Shown here: piece by piece, positions 8,741 through 18,917 of the stretch | Layout: every line of letters begins with the position of its first letter | Numbering within the stretch: position 1 is the first letter of the stretch | Assembly: GCA_003138365.1 (NCBI GenBank) | Contig: PLFY01000046.1 | Location: 2,773 to 66,772 of the forward strand | DNA from: Acidobacteriaceae bacterium | GTDB lineage: Bacteria > Acidobacteriota > Terriglobia > Terriglobales > Acidobacteriaceae | Direction: 5' to 3' | Length of the DNA: 64,000 nt | Translations under genes and position numbers: made by a program | The notes under the pieces: generated by a model | Seen by the model: the letters and a program-made list of their open reading frames with translations, nothing else | What the model was told of the DNA's origin: nothing | The model's database searches: none

Positions 8741-8779
8741 CGGGTGCCCCATCCATCGCGTACTTTGCGATGGGTGGGA
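8741..8779. repeat. REP-like hairpin CGGGTGCCCCA-[CCATCGC/GCGATGG]-TGGGA
   Basis: Hairpin between convergent genes; same ends as the element inside the UDG gene. Confidence 0.7.
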
Positions 8780-8806
8780 TTCAGAACTGCCTGCCAGCGT
8801 GCGTTC

Positions 8807-9085
8807 CTAAGCAGCCCGGTTGAAAGGCTCTATCTTTGGCTGTTTCTTTATGGATGCCTGCCACATATCGTAGTCGGACTGCAACTCATACCAGATTTCA
8901 GCGTGGGTGCCGAACGCGGCGGAAAGACGCAGCGACATGTCGGCAGAAATGCCGGCCTTGCCATTGAGGATGCGGGAAAGCGTTGCGCGGGAAACCTGCA
9001 AATGCCTTGCGGCAGTTGTTACGTCCACGTCGCCCAGGAATTCCCGAAGCACTTTGCCTGGGTGTGGCGGGTTGTGCATGCGCAT
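8807..9085 (-). CDS. HigA-family antitoxin / XRE HTH protein
   Basis: [13 protein letters not shown]...[37 protein letters not shown]. Confidence 0.9.
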   Translation of the reverse strand: MRMHNPPHPGKVLREFLGDVDVTTAARHLQVSRATLSRILNGKAGISADMSLRLSAAFGTHAEIWYELQSDYDMWQASIKKQPKIEPFNRAA

Positions 9086-9132
9086 ATCGTTTCTCCTAGT
9101 GGTAATCAGCACTTCATACCCCATCCACATTC

Positions 9133-11622
9133 TTACATCAAGCGCAGCGCATCGACATCGACAACCAGATTGCGGCGGGGAACCTGGGCGGCTTCGGCGT
9201 GGACCAACATCCCACGCAGCGCTGCATTGAGAACGCGGCGTGAGGAGGCTTTGAGAATCAGGTGAAAGCGGTACGTGCCTTTGATGCGGGCGATGGGCGC
9301 GGTGCAGGGGCCAAGCACACGCACGCCTGCGGGAGAGGCCTTTTGAAACCACTTGCCCAACTCCGCCGACCAGCCGGCGGCTTCTTCCAGCTTTTGCGAC
9401 TGCACCAGCACGTTGGCGAGCACGCCGAAGGGCGGATAGTGCATCCAGCGGCGATATTTCAACTCGCGTTCGACGAAGCTGGCGTAGTCGTGCTTGCTGG
9501 CGGCAACGATGGCGTAGTGGTCGGGATAGTAGGTTTGCACCACGACGCGGCCGGGGAGATCGCCACGGCCGGCGCGGCCTGAGACCTGGGTCATCAATTG
9601 GAAGACGCGCTCGGCGGCGCGGAAGTCGGGCATGGACAGCGCATGGTCGCAGCCAACGACGCCCACCAGCGTAATGCCGTGGATGTCGTGGCCCTTGGCG
9701 ATCATCTGCGTGCCAACGAGCAGGTTGATCTCGCCGGAGTGGAGGCGGGCTAGCAATCGTTCAAGGTCGTAACGGCCGCGGACGGTGTCGCGGTCCATGC
9801 GGCCGATGCGCGCCTCGGGAAAGATCTCGCCCAACCGGGCTTCGCCTTGTTCCGATCCTGCGCCGAGGTAGTAGAGGTGCTCGCTGTCGCATTTGGGGCA
9901 GCGGGCGGGGACGGCGCGGCGGAATCCGCAGTAGTGGCATTCGAGGCGCTGGCCTGCCCGCGCCAGGCCCGCATCTTCAGCCGGCGGCTTGTGGTGAGTC
10001 AGCGAGATGGCGCAGTTCTGGCATTCGAGCTTTTCTCCGCAGGCGCGGCAGATCACAGCGAAGGAGTAGCCTCGGCGGTTGAGCAGGATGAGCGCCTGCT
10101 CGCCGCGATCGAGGGCCTCGCGCGTTTGTTCGACCAGGGCACGGGAGAAGAGCTGGTCCTGACCGGTTTGCTGAAACTCCTGGCGCATGTCGATCAGCTC
10201 GACTTCAGGCAGCGGGCGGTTCATGACGCGGTCACGCATTTCAATGCGCGCGTACTTGCCCGTAGCCGAGTTCTGCCAGCTTTCAAGCGACGGCGTCGCG
10301 GAGCCGAGGACAACCACTGCGCCGAGGAGCTTGGCGCGCATCACGGCCACATCGCGGGCGTTGTAGCGCGGCGTCTCCTCCTGCTTGTAACTCTGGTCGT
10401 GCTCCTCGTCAACGAGGATGAGGCCGAGATTAGGCGCGGGTGCAAAGATGGCCGAGCGCGTGCCGACAACGATGGGCGCTTCGCCCCGCCGAATGCGGCG
10501 CCACTGCTCGCTGCGCTCCTCTGGCGTGAGCGCGGAGTGGAGCAGGGCGACGCGTTGCCCGAACGCCTGGTCGAGCAGGCCGGCAGTTTGTGGCGTGAGG
10601 CCAATTTCCGGAACCAGCAGGATGGAGGAGAGGCCGCGATCGAGGGCGCGCTGCATGGCGGCCAGGTAGACGGCTGTCTTCCCTGAACCCGTCACTCCGT
10701 GCAGTAAAAAGGGATGGAATGCCCCCAGAGCCGTGGCCAGGTCGGCCAGCGCGGCGGTCTGAGGCTCATTGAGGAGGAATGGAGATGCGGCGGGCTGCAG
10801 GCCGCCCAGGCGAAAGGCGGCGGGGCGCTCGTCGATGCGGACAAGGCTGCGGCGGACGAGGGTTTGCAGCGTGGAGGAAGGCAGATCGCGGCGGCGCAGT
10901 TCGGCCAAGGGCAGTTCGCCGCCGCAGGCCGCCAGCTCGGCCAGAATGGCCTGCTGCTTCTGAGTGAGAGCGGGAAGACGCGGCTCGGGAATCAGCACGG
11001 CGAAACGCTCCGTACGGCGCGCATCGCGCTCCACGGCGGTGGTCTCGCGGGCTATCCATTTTTTGCGCAGGAGGGCGGCGAGGACCGGCAGCGTGGCCGC
11101 AGTGGCCGTGCGCAGCGTGGAGACCTTTACCGGCTCGCCCGCGGCCAGGCGAGTCAGAACGCGGTGCTCCATATCCTGCTCTTCGGCGGACAGCTTTCCG
11201 CGCCGCTTCCCGCCGCCGCTCGATCCTGAGGCCTGGGAGTCCCCGTCCAGCGCTCCGGCCAGCACATCGCGGCCCAGGTCGGTAATGCGGTAGTAGACGG
11301 TGCGGCGGACCTCGGCCATCAGCGGCAACATGCCGCGCAGCACCTCGCCCAGCGGGGCCAGATAGTACTGCGCCATCCACTCGGCCAGGGCCAGCAGGTC
11401 GTCGCTCAGCAGGGGTTGGTCGTCCAGCACCGCCTCAAGGAAACGGACCTCAAAGTCCGCTGGGGCCGTGGTGCTGAGCGCGGTGACCACGCCGATAAGC
11501 TTCTCATTGCGAAAAGGCGCGATGACCCTGGCGCCCCGCTGCGGAAGCTGGCTCTCACGGACCGCGTAGGTGAAGGTGCGGTCGAGCGGGACGGGCAACG
11601 CGACTTCGCAGTAGGCGGGCAT
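9133..11622 (-). CDS. priA: Primosomal protein N' (replication restart helicase)
   Basis: [20 protein letters not shown], Cys-rich zinc module, GTQMIAKG and QVSGRAGR motifs. Confidence 0.97.
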   Translation of the reverse strand: MPAYCEVALPVPLDRTFTYAVRESQLPQRGARVIAPFRNEKLIGVVTALSTTAPADFEVRFLEAVLDDQPLLSDDLLALAEWMAQYYLAPLGEVLRGMLPLMAEVRRTVYYRITDLGRDVLAGALDGDSQASGSSGGGKRRGKLSAEEQDMEHRVLTRLAAGEPVKVSTLRTATAATLPVLAALLRKKWIARETTAVERDARRTERFAVLIPEPRLPALTQKQQAILAELAACGGELPLAELRRRDLPSSTLQTLVRRSLVRIDERPAAFRLGGLQPAASPFLLNEPQTAALADLATALGAFHPFLLHGVTGSGKTAVYLAAMQRALDRGLSSILLVPEIGLTPQTAGLLDQAFGQRVALLHSALTPEERSEQWRRIRRGEAPIVVGTRSAIFAPAPNLGLILVDEEHDQSYKQEETPRYNARDVAVMRAKLLGAVVVLGSATPSLESWQNSATGKYARIEMRDRVMNRPLPEVELIDMRQEFQQTGQDQLFSRALVEQTREALDRGEQALILLNRRGYSFAVICRACGEKLECQNCAISLTHHKPPAEDAGLARAGQRLECHYCGFRRAVPARCPKCDSEHLYYLGAGSEQGEARLGEIFPEARIGRMDRDTVRGRYDLERLLARLHSGEINLLVGTQMIAKGHDIHGITLVGVVGCDHALSMPDFRAAERVFQLMTQVSGRAGRGDLPGRVVVQTYYPDHYAIVAASKHDYASFVERELKYRRWMHYPPFGVLANVLVQSQKLEEAAGWSAELGKWFQKASPAGVRVLGPCTAPIARIKGTYRFHLILKASSRRVLNAALRGMLVHAEAAQVPRRNLVVDVDALRLM

Positions 11623-11787
11623 GGGAGGCAACTCCCAGTGTATTGGAACTGCCCTTTAGACTGGGCGAAGTGAGCGGCGGATGGAAGAACGCCCGAGAAT
11701 ACACTTCGCGGATGGCTTTGCAATGAGCGCCATTTCAACGGGCATCCAGTCCTATCCCAATTCGCAGGAAGGTGAAATACTTTCGAA

Positions 11788-13863
11788 ATGAGATTTTCCG
11801 GGAGATTTGCCTGCATTTTTGCCCTGTGCTTCACGGCGTTTCAAACCACTGCGCTGGAGATGGCCGCACAACAGCCTGCCGTGGACCCTCTTCATTCCTG
11901 GGTGTCCGCCAAAGACTCCGCAGCGCTTGAGTCCTGGGTCAATCAGCGCCTGGCCGAGGAAGCCGCCGACATAGCCAAACTGCTTGCGGTCACCGGTCCG
12001 CGGACGGTCGAAAACACACTGCGTCCCTTCGACGACGCCCAGAATCAGCTCGCGGTAGCCAACAACAACGCGTACATGGCTTACTCGCTGGCAGACGCTG
12101 CGGCTTTGCGGGACAAGGGGCAGGCGCTTACGGCGAAGATCTCCTCCGCGAATACCGATCTGAGCCTGAACCAAAAGGTGTATAGCGCACTGGCGGCGGT
12201 TCCCTTGCCGACCAACAATCCGGCGACTCGGCACTACCTGGAGCGGACGCTGCTGGAGTACCGATTGAGCGGCGTGGACAAGGACGAAGCCACGCGCGTC
12301 AAGATTCGCGCACTCCAGGATAAAATCACCGACCTGGGGCTGAAGTTTGGCCGCAACGTGGCCGACGGCACCCTGAAAATTACTGCTACAAAAGCTGAGC
12401 TCGACGGCTTGCCCGCCGACTATATTGCACTGCACAAGCCATCCGCCGACGGCGCCTATACGCTGACCACCGAGCAGCCGGATGTGCAGCCTGTCATGAG
12501 CTTTTCCAAGAGCCCGGACCTGCGCCGCAGGATGTATCTTGCCTACAACGCGCGCGCCTATCCGCAAAACGTGCAGGTGCTCAAAGACCTGCTCACGGCA
12601 CGCCAGGATCTGGCAACCATCCTCGGCTACGCCCACTGGGCTGACCTGGCAACGGCCGACCAGATGATTGGCTCCGCGGCCAATATGGAGCAGCTCATTC
12701 AGCAGGTCGACGACGCATCCCGTCCGGCTGCGGCCCGCGAGTACGCCCAGTTGCTGGCCTTTGCGCAATCGAAGGAGCCGGGCCTGAAGAACATCAGTCA
12801 ATCGGATGGAAACTACTGGTCCGAGCAGTACCGCCGCGCGAAGTACAACTTCGACGCGCAGAGCGTCCGTCCTTACTTCCCCTACGCAGCGGTTCAGGCC
12901 GGAATCCTCAAAACCGCGGCCCGCCTTTTCCACGTCGAATTCAAGCAGGTTAAGGACGCTATCGTCTGGGACCCCTCGGTAGACACATTCGATGTCTTCG
13001 ACGCTGCCGAAGGCTCCAAGGGCAAGCTGCTCGGCCGCATCTATCTCGATATGCACCCCCGCGAGGGCAAGGACAAATGGTTCTCGAGCGCGCCCATTCT
13101 TCCTGGCATTCGCGGCCGTCAACTTCCTGAAGGCATGCTGGTGTGCAACTTCTCCGGCGGCAAGGCGGGTGACCCTGGACTGATGCAGTACAGCGAGGTA
13201 GTTGTCTTCTTCCACGAGTTCGGCCACCTGATGCACCACATTCTTGGCGGACAGGGCGAGTGGTCCGGAGAAGGCGGCTTCAGCGTGGAGGGAGACTTCA
13301 TCGAATCCCCGTCGCAGATGTTGGAGGAGATGTTCCACGACACGGCGATTCTGCAGTCGTTCGGCAAGCAATACCAGACGGGGGAGACGATTCCAGCCAG
13401 CCTGATTGCGAAGATGAACGCGGCCAGCGCCTATGGACGCGGACGCTGGCTCCAGGGTCAGCTTTGGGCCGCGACCTATGCTCTTGAGGTCCATGACATG
13501 GCCCCGGCCAGCGTCGATTTCGATGCCCTGCTAAAAGCCGACGACGCGCGCTTCGACCCCTATACGCCGCTCGAGGGCGACCGCTTCTATGCCTCCTTCA
13601 CTCACCTCGTCGGCTACACTTCCAACTACTACACCTATGTGCTGGACAAGGTGATTGCCATCGACTTCTTTGCGCAGTTCGACAAGCGCAACCTGCTGGA
13701 TGGGCCGACAGCCATGCGCTACCGGCGTGCGGTGCTGAAGCCGGGAGCGAGCAAGCCGGCAGCCGAATTGGTGAAGGACTTCCTGGGGCGTCCGCAAAGC
13801 ATGGACGCGCTGAAGAGCTGGATGAATGAGGAGTTTCAGCCCGCGGCGGACGGAGGCAAATAG
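11788..13863 (+). CDS. Secreted M3-family zinc oligopeptidase (thimet/oligopeptidase A-like)
   Basis: Signal peptide; FHEFGHLMH and DFIESPSQMLE motifs. Confidence 0.92.
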   Translation: MRFSGRFACIFALCFTAFQTTALEMAAQQPAVDPLHSWVSAKDSAALESWVNQRLAEEAADIAKLLAVTGPRTVENTLRPFDDAQNQLAVANNNAYMAYSLADAAALRDKGQALTAKISSANTDLSLNQKVYSALAAVPLPTNNPATRHYLERTLLEYRLSGVDKDEATRVKIRALQDKITDLGLKFGRNVADGTLKITATKAELDGLPADYIALHKPSADGAYTLTTEQPDVQPVMSFSKSPDLRRRMYLAYNARAYPQNVQVLKDLLTARQDLATILGYAHWADLATADQMIGSAANMEQLIQQVDDASRPAAAREYAQLLAFAQSKEPGLKNISQSDGNYWSEQYRRAKYNFDAQSVRPYFPYAAVQAGILKTAARLFHVEFKQVKDAIVWDPSVDTFDVFDAAEGSKGKLLGRIYLDMHPREGKDKWFSSAPILPGIRGRQLPEGMLVCNFSGGKAGDPGLMQYSEVVVFFHEFGHLMHHILGGQGEWSGEGGFSVEGDFIESPSQMLEEMFHDTAILQSFGKQYQTGETIPASLIAKMNAASAYGRGRWLQGQLWAATYALEVHDMAPASVDFDALLKADDARFDPYTPLEGDRFYASFTHLVGYTSNYYTYVLDKVIAIDFFAQFDKRNLLDGPTAMRYRRAVLKPGASKPAAELVKDFLGRPQSMDALKSWMNEEFQPAADGGK

Positions 13864-13919
13864 GGGACGCTTTTTCCGTCCGTTGCAAATGGGGTCGAGC
13901 GCAGTACAATTCATTTCTG

Positions 13920-14705
13920 ATGACTCCCAAGACCGAAACGCCCGCCCCTGCTATGCCCGCCTCTGCCGCGCCCGGTAAGTCGCCGAGCGCTTCGCCCAAA
14001 ACCGTTTCGCCCGTCACCATGTCGATCGACATTGGCGGCTCCGGGCTGAAGGCCATGCTTCTTGACCCGAGCGGCAAGCCGGTGAGCGAGCGGCAGCGTG
14101 TAGTCACTCCGGCCGTTCCCACGCCGGATGCGGTGCTGGCCGGGCTGGAAGAGCTGCGCAAGCTGCTGCCCAAATTCGATCGCGTGTCGGTTGGATTCCC
14201 TGGAGTCATCAAGCGCGGAACCACATGGACGGCGGCGAACCTGAATCCAGGATGGGTCGGCTTCCCACTGGCGGCGGAGCTTGAAAAGCGCTGGAAGAAG
14301 CCGGCGCGCGTATGCAACGACGCCGCGGTGCAAGGTTACGGCGCCATCAAGGGCGTCGGCGTGGAACTGGCGTTGACGCTGGGCACGGGACTGGGGTCGT
14401 CTCTGTTTACCGATGGCCGGCTTTGCCCCGGACTGGAACTGGGCCACCACCCCTGGCGCAAGAAGGGCATGTGCTACGAGGACTACCTGGGCCGGCGCGG
14501 GCTGGACAAATTCGGCAAGAAGATCTGGAACAAGTATCTCCAGTCGGCAATCGCGCAGACCTCGGCCACGTTCAACTGGGACCATCTCTACCTGGGCGGC
14601 GGGAATACCAAGAAAATCGACTTCGAGCTGCCGAAGAACGTCAGCATTGTCTCGAACGAGAGCGGGCTGCTGGGCGGGGTGGCGCTGTGGCGGGATCAGG
14701 GATAG
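13920..14705 (+). CDS. ROK-family sugar kinase (polyphosphate glucokinase-like)
   Basis: IDIGGSGLK, NDAAVQG, LTLGTGLGS and ELGH motifs. Confidence 0.88.
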   Translation: MTPKTETPAPAMPASAAPGKSPSASPKTVSPVTMSIDIGGSGLKAMLLDPSGKPVSERQRVVTPAVPTPDAVLAGLEELRKLLPKFDRVSVGFPGVIKRGTTWTAANLNPGWVGFPLAAELEKRWKKPARVCNDAAVQGYGAIKGVGVELALTLGTGLGSSLFTDGRLCPGLELGHHPWRKKGMCYEDYLGRRGLDKFGKKIWNKYLQSAIAQTSATFNWDHLYLGGGNTKKIDFELPKNVSIVSNESGLLGGVALWRDQG

Positions 14706-14712
14706 GCTCAAA

Positions 14713-16305
14713 ATGGGACGCTTGTTGAATTACTCAGCTGCCCCTTCGCGGCTGTTCAGAATGGTTGCTCATCTCCTGCTTCTGACAGGAGTTTCCCTGG
14801 CCACTTCTTCGCTTGGGCAAGACGCACCGCCTACGCAGACAGATCAACCGCCTTCTCACACGCCGCCCGTTACCGCCAAGATCTCCGCACTGGCTGACCG
14901 GGTGCTGAATGCCGGACTGAAGGCGAATGCTCTGGACGGCGACGATCTCCAACCGTGGCATTTGAAGGCGGATTTCCAAGTTGTCCTGGCAGGAACGCCG
15001 AAGCCGGCGGCCGGAACACTGGAAGTATGGTCCACGGGCCGCTACCAGTGGAAGCGCGCCTATATAGGCGCGCTTCCACAGTTCAACGGCATCGAGTGGA
15101 GCGTCTCGCAGACAGAGCGCTACCGCACCAAACCAGGCCAAAGCGGTTTTCAAACAGCATGGCTCAACCTGCGCGTCACGCGGCCGGTGATCGCCCCTCT
15201 CTACCAGGCGGCCAATATCAAACGCGATTTCGACATGAATATCCAGCGGGTCAACACTGGCGGGCTGGTTCTGAATTGCGTCTCGGTTGCCGATCCCTCC
15301 CGCTATGCAGACCAGACTGACCCCGATTGGCTTTTCCCAACGATGTGTTTTGACGGCGACATGCACCTGAGGCTGGTTTCAGCCTCCGATACGACAGTGC
15401 AGTTCGACGACATCCAGATCTTCCAGAACCGCGCTGTCGCCAGGGATGTGAAGGTCATTGTGAAAGGCAACCTGATCGCGGAGATGAAGGTGTCGCTGCT
15501 TGAGCCATTGGCCGCTACAGATGCGGCGGGTGTCAAGCCGGATAAGGGCGCGGCTGCAGAGCCGTATACCATCGAGCCGGGTAGTCCCAGACCTGAATCG
15601 GTGTATGAAGTTGGAGCCTCCCTTCCGATCAGGCCGGACGGCCTTCCCTATAGCGGAGTGTTCCCGTTCCCAGTGTTGATACATAAGGACGGCAGCGTCA
15701 AGGCCAACCCTGAGGGGGTTTCCTTCGCGCTCAGGGCTCTCTCCGATGCGCTTGAACTGGCTATTTCCAAATGGAAGTACAAGCCGTACATGGTTGACGG
15801 TCAGCCGGTTGAAGTAGCGATAATCATCCCCTACATCCTGAACGGAAAGCCGTTTGTTCCCTCCTATGATCGTCCCAAGCCAACCCCGGTAACCACCAGT
15901 CCGGAAGACTTCTCCAGCGCTTACGACCCCAAACGGGATCCGAAGAAGGATCTGGCGATGGCAGAGGCGCAGGCCCGGCCGGGAAAAAAGCGAATCCTGC
16001 TGGACGTGGGCGGCGATTGGTGCATCTGGTGCAAGTATCTGGACAACTTCTTTGCCGACCACGCGGATATCCGGGAGCTGCGGGATGAGAACTATGTGCT
16101 GATGAAGGTCAACATGAGCGCAATGAACGAAAACTACGCATTTCTCAGCCAGTATCCCAATATTCCTGGATACCCCTGGTTGTTCGTGCTGGATTCAGAC
16201 GGCAAGCTGCTCAAATCAGAGAATACAGACGAACTGGAAAACGGTGCAAACGGCTATAGCGCCCAGCGAATCAAGCAATTTCTTTCCGCCTGGGAGTCGC
16301 AGTAG
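14713..16305 (+). CDS. Exported protein with a TonB C-terminal-like domain fused to a thioredoxin-like domain
   Basis: Signal-like N-terminus; AISKWKYKPYMVDGQPVEV (TonB_C-like); ILLDVGGDWCIWC...GYPWLFVLDSDG (thioredoxin fold). Confidence 0.75.
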   Translation: MGRLLNYSAAPSRLFRMVAHLLLLTGVSLATSSLGQDAPPTQTDQPPSHTPPVTAKISALADRVLNAGLKANALDGDDLQPWHLKADFQVVLAGTPKPAAGTLEVWSTGRYQWKRAYIGALPQFNGIEWSVSQTERYRTKPGQSGFQTAWLNLRVTRPVIAPLYQAANIKRDFDMNIQRVNTGGLVLNCVSVADPSRYADQTDPDWLFPTMCFDGDMHLRLVSASDTTVQFDDIQIFQNRAVARDVKVIVKGNLIAEMKVSLLEPLAATDAAGVKPDKGAAAEPYTIEPGSPRPESVYEVGASLPIRPDGLPYSGVFPFPVLIHKDGSVKANPEGVSFALRALSDALELAISKWKYKPYMVDGQPVEVAIIIPYILNGKPFVPSYDRPKPTPVTTSPEDFSSAYDPKRDPKKDLAMAEAQARPGKKRILLDVGGDWCIWCKYLDNFFADHADIRELRDENYVLMKVNMSAMNENYAFLSQYPNIPGYPWLFVLDSDGKLLKSENTDELENGANGYSAQRIKQFLSAWESQ

Positions 16306-16345
16306 GCGTTCGCAGAACCCTCCCTTTCCCTAGCTCTGCGGCTTC

Positions 16346-16490
16346 ACAGGCTGCGGAAAAACTCGGTATTTCGGGTGAAATTGGCGGAAAGCGTCCCGCC
16401 GGGGCTAAAGCCAGCATTGATTCTGTTGGCTTTATGCGGGGGTTGAAACCCCCGCCTCCCTCCGAATCGAGTTTTTTCGCCGCCTGTTCA
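16346..16490. repeat. REP-like composite palindromic element
   Basis: CAGGCTGCGGAAAAACTC...GGGGCTAAAGCC...GCGGGGGTTGAAACCCCCGC...GAGTTTTTTCGCCGCCTG; the termini are inverted repeats; similar to 4400-4487. Confidence 0.75.
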
Positions 16491-16533
16491 GCCCCAACTC
16501 GCGCATGGCGAGCTTCGGGCGGCCCAGGCTCGT

Positions 16534-17934
16534 CTAGTGGTGGTAGCCAGCGCCATCCAATGTGAGATGGAAACCGGGCTGGGTGGCGAACCAGTCGAGA
16601 TGGCGGCGGATGTCCCGGAGCAACATACTGGCCAGGTCATGGGTGAAGCCGTTGCGGACCACAACGCGCTGAATGATCGCGTCCTGCCGGTTGGCGGGCA
16701 TCCTGTAGGTTGGCACCTGCCAGCCGCGATCGCGCAACCTGTCCGACAAGTCATACAGCGACCAGTTCAGCGTTGGGTCCTTCAGGGTCCAGGCGATGAC
16801 GGGGAGATCGTGGCCGGTGGAGAGCATCTTGAAGGGACCGAGTTCGGCGATCTGGCCGGCGAGTTCGACGGCCACTTCCTGACAAGCCTCGTGGATGGCG
16901 CGATAGCCCGACTTGCCGAGCCGGATGAGGTTGTAATACTGGGCCACAATCTGGCTGGCGGGGCGGGAGAAGTTGATGGCCAGAGTCGGCATGGCGCCGC
17001 CGAGGTAATCGACGTTGAAGATCAGGTCGGGGTCGAGATCAGCCAACTCCCGCCAGACGATCCAGCCCACACCTGGATAGACGAGCCCGTATTTGTGGCC
17101 GGAGGTGTTGATGGATTTGACGCGCGGCAGGCGAAAGTCCCAGAGCAGGTCCGGCTGCAGGAAAGGCGCGACAAAGCCGCCGCTGGCGCCATCGACATGA
17201 ATGGGGATGTCGAGGCCGGTCTTTTCCTGAAGCTGGTCGAGAGCGGCGCTGAGCGCAAGCACGTTCTCATAGTGTCCGGTAAAGGTGCTGCCCAGCACGG
17301 AGACAACGCCAATGGTGTTCTCGTCACAGGCCGCGGCGACGCGCTCAGGGTCGGTGACAACCTCGTTTGCTTCGAGGGCAACCTCCCTGGGCTCGACGTC
17401 CCAATAGCGGGCGAATTTGTGCCAGCAGACCTGGGTATTGGAGCCCGTGACCAGGTTCGGCTTGTCTGTCGGCTTGCCCACCTTGCGCATCTTCTGACGC
17501 CAGCGCCACTTGAGTGCAAGGCCGCCTAACATGCAGGCTTCGCTCGATCCAATTGTCGATGTCCCGATGGTGCGCTCAGGCTGGGGAGAGTGCCAGAGCT
17601 CGGCCAGCATGTGGACGCAGCGCATCTCCAGTTCAGCCGTCTGCGGATACTCGTCCTTGTCGATCATGTTCTTGTCGAAGGTCTCGGACATGAGGCGGTG
17701 GGCCTCGGGCTCCATCCACGTGCCGCAGAATGTGGCGAGGTTGAAGCGCGAGCTGCCATCGAGGATCAACTCGTCGTGGATCAGGTTGTATGCGGTACTC
17801 GGCGCCATGCCTTCATCGGGGATGGAGTGGCGCGGGGTTGGGCCGAGCAGCGACTTGCGGGCATACATGGGGCGCATCAGGTCAGTTCTTTGCTGTTTCT
17901 GGCCAAAATGCGGGATTGCGGCGTCCTTTTCCAT
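16534..17934 (-). CDS. Glutamate decarboxylase (PLP-dependent)
   Basis: NLATFCGTWME, NMIDKDEYP, HVDGASGGF and SGHKYG (PLP lysine) motifs. Confidence 0.93.
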   Translation of the reverse strand: MEKDAAIPHFGQKQQRTDLMRPMYARKSLLGPTPRHSIPDEGMAPSTAYNLIHDELILDGSSRFNLATFCGTWMEPEAHRLMSETFDKNMIDKDEYPQTAELEMRCVHMLAELWHSPQPERTIGTSTIGSSEACMLGGLALKWRWRQKMRKVGKPTDKPNLVTGSNTQVCWHKFARYWDVEPREVALEANEVVTDPERVAAACDENTIGVVSVLGSTFTGHYENVLALSAALDQLQEKTGLDIPIHVDGASGGFVAPFLQPDLLWDFRLPRVKSINTSGHKYGLVYPGVGWIVWRELADLDPDLIFNVDYLGGAMPTLAINFSRPASQIVAQYYNLIRLGKSGYRAIHEACQEVAVELAGQIAELGPFKMLSTGHDLPVIAWTLKDPTLNWSLYDLSDRLRDRGWQVPTYRMPANRQDAIIQRVVVRNGFTHDLASMLLRDIRRHLDWFATQPGFHLTLDGAGYHH

Positions 17935-18059
17935 TCGGGTTGGGTTCCTCCGGAGTCCTGATCATAGTCGCCGGCGTCGCGATACGTGCGTCAATTGTGG
18001 GCGAATCGTTGGGGAATTCGGAGGATTGCAATGGCCGGCTGCAGGTGATCCGGCTCTCT

Positions 18060-18911
18060 TCAGCCCTTCGCGGGCGGCTTGAGGCCGAGTTCGCGCATGG
18101 CGATCTGGAGGTCGGCCCACGCTTCTTTCTTCTGCCGCGGATCGCGCAGCAGATAGGCCGGATGATAGGTAACGATGAGCTGCATACCGCGGAACGCGTG
18201 TACCCGTCCGCGAAGCCCGGCAAGGGGCTGTCGCTGGCCAAGGAGATAGGTGGCCGCGGTTGCTCCGAGAGCTACCAGGACCTGGGGGCGCACGACATCG
18301 ATCTGGCGGAAGAGGAATGGGGAGCAGGTGTTGGCTTCCTCAGGTTCAGGAGTCCGGTTGCCGGGCGGCCTGCACTTGACCACGTTGGCAATGTAGACTT
18401 CTTCGCGCTTGAGGCCCATGGCGGCGATCATGTTATTCAGAAGTTGCCCGGCCTTGCCGACGAAGGGCAGTCCCTGCGCGTCCTCGTCGGCGCCGGGGCC
18501 CTCGCCGACAAACATCAGGCGGGCAGAGGGTGAGCCGTCGCCGAAGACGAGCTTGTTGCGGCCTGTGTGGAGCGCGCAGCGGGTGCAGTCGCCGATTTCG
18601 TCGCGGATGAGTTGGAGGGCGGAGGCGTGATCGGCGGGGGAAACGGCGGCGGCGATTTGCGGGGGCGCGGAGATGGGCTTGCGGGGGGGAATTGGCTGGT
18701 CCTCCTGAGATGAAATGGGCTGGGAGTCTGGCTGGGGGATCGACTCCCAGGTCTCAGACGCGAGACCCTTCGACAAGCTCAGGGCAGGCTCTGGGGCACC
18801 CGAAGTGGAATCCACAGGGCGGCGGTAGAACTCGGTGAGGCCGAGATCGCGATAGAAGCGGACGCGCGCCACAAGGGCTTCGCGAGTTTCGGGGTCGAGC
18901 GTTCGCGCCAC
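18060..18911 (-). CDS. Family-4 (Fe-S) uracil-DNA glycosylase
   Basis: CTRCAL, GEGPG, YIANVVKCRPP.NR and TYHPAYLLR motifs. Confidence 0.93.
   Translation of the reverse strand: MARTLDPETREALVARVRFYRDLGLTEFYRRPVDSTSGAPEPALSLSKGLASETWESIPQPDSQPISSQEDQPIPPRKPISAPPQIAAAVSPADHASALQLIRDEIGDCTRCALHTGRNKLVFGDGSPSARLMFVGEGPGADEDAQGLPFVGKAGQLLNNMIAAMGLKREEVYIANVVKCRPPGNRTPEPEEANTCSPFLFRQIDVVRPQVLVALGATAATYLLGQRQPLAGLRGRVHAFRGMQLIVTYHPAYLLRDPRQKKEAWADLQIAMRELGLKPPAKG
18745..18802. repeat. REP-like palindromic element in frame inside the UDG gene
   Basis: Minus strand reads CGGGTGCCCCA-GAGCCTGCCCTGAGCTTGTCGAAG-GGTCTCGCGTCTGAGACC-TGGGA; ends match the intergenic element at 8741. Confidence 0.7.
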
Positions 18912-18917
18912 TTTCCT

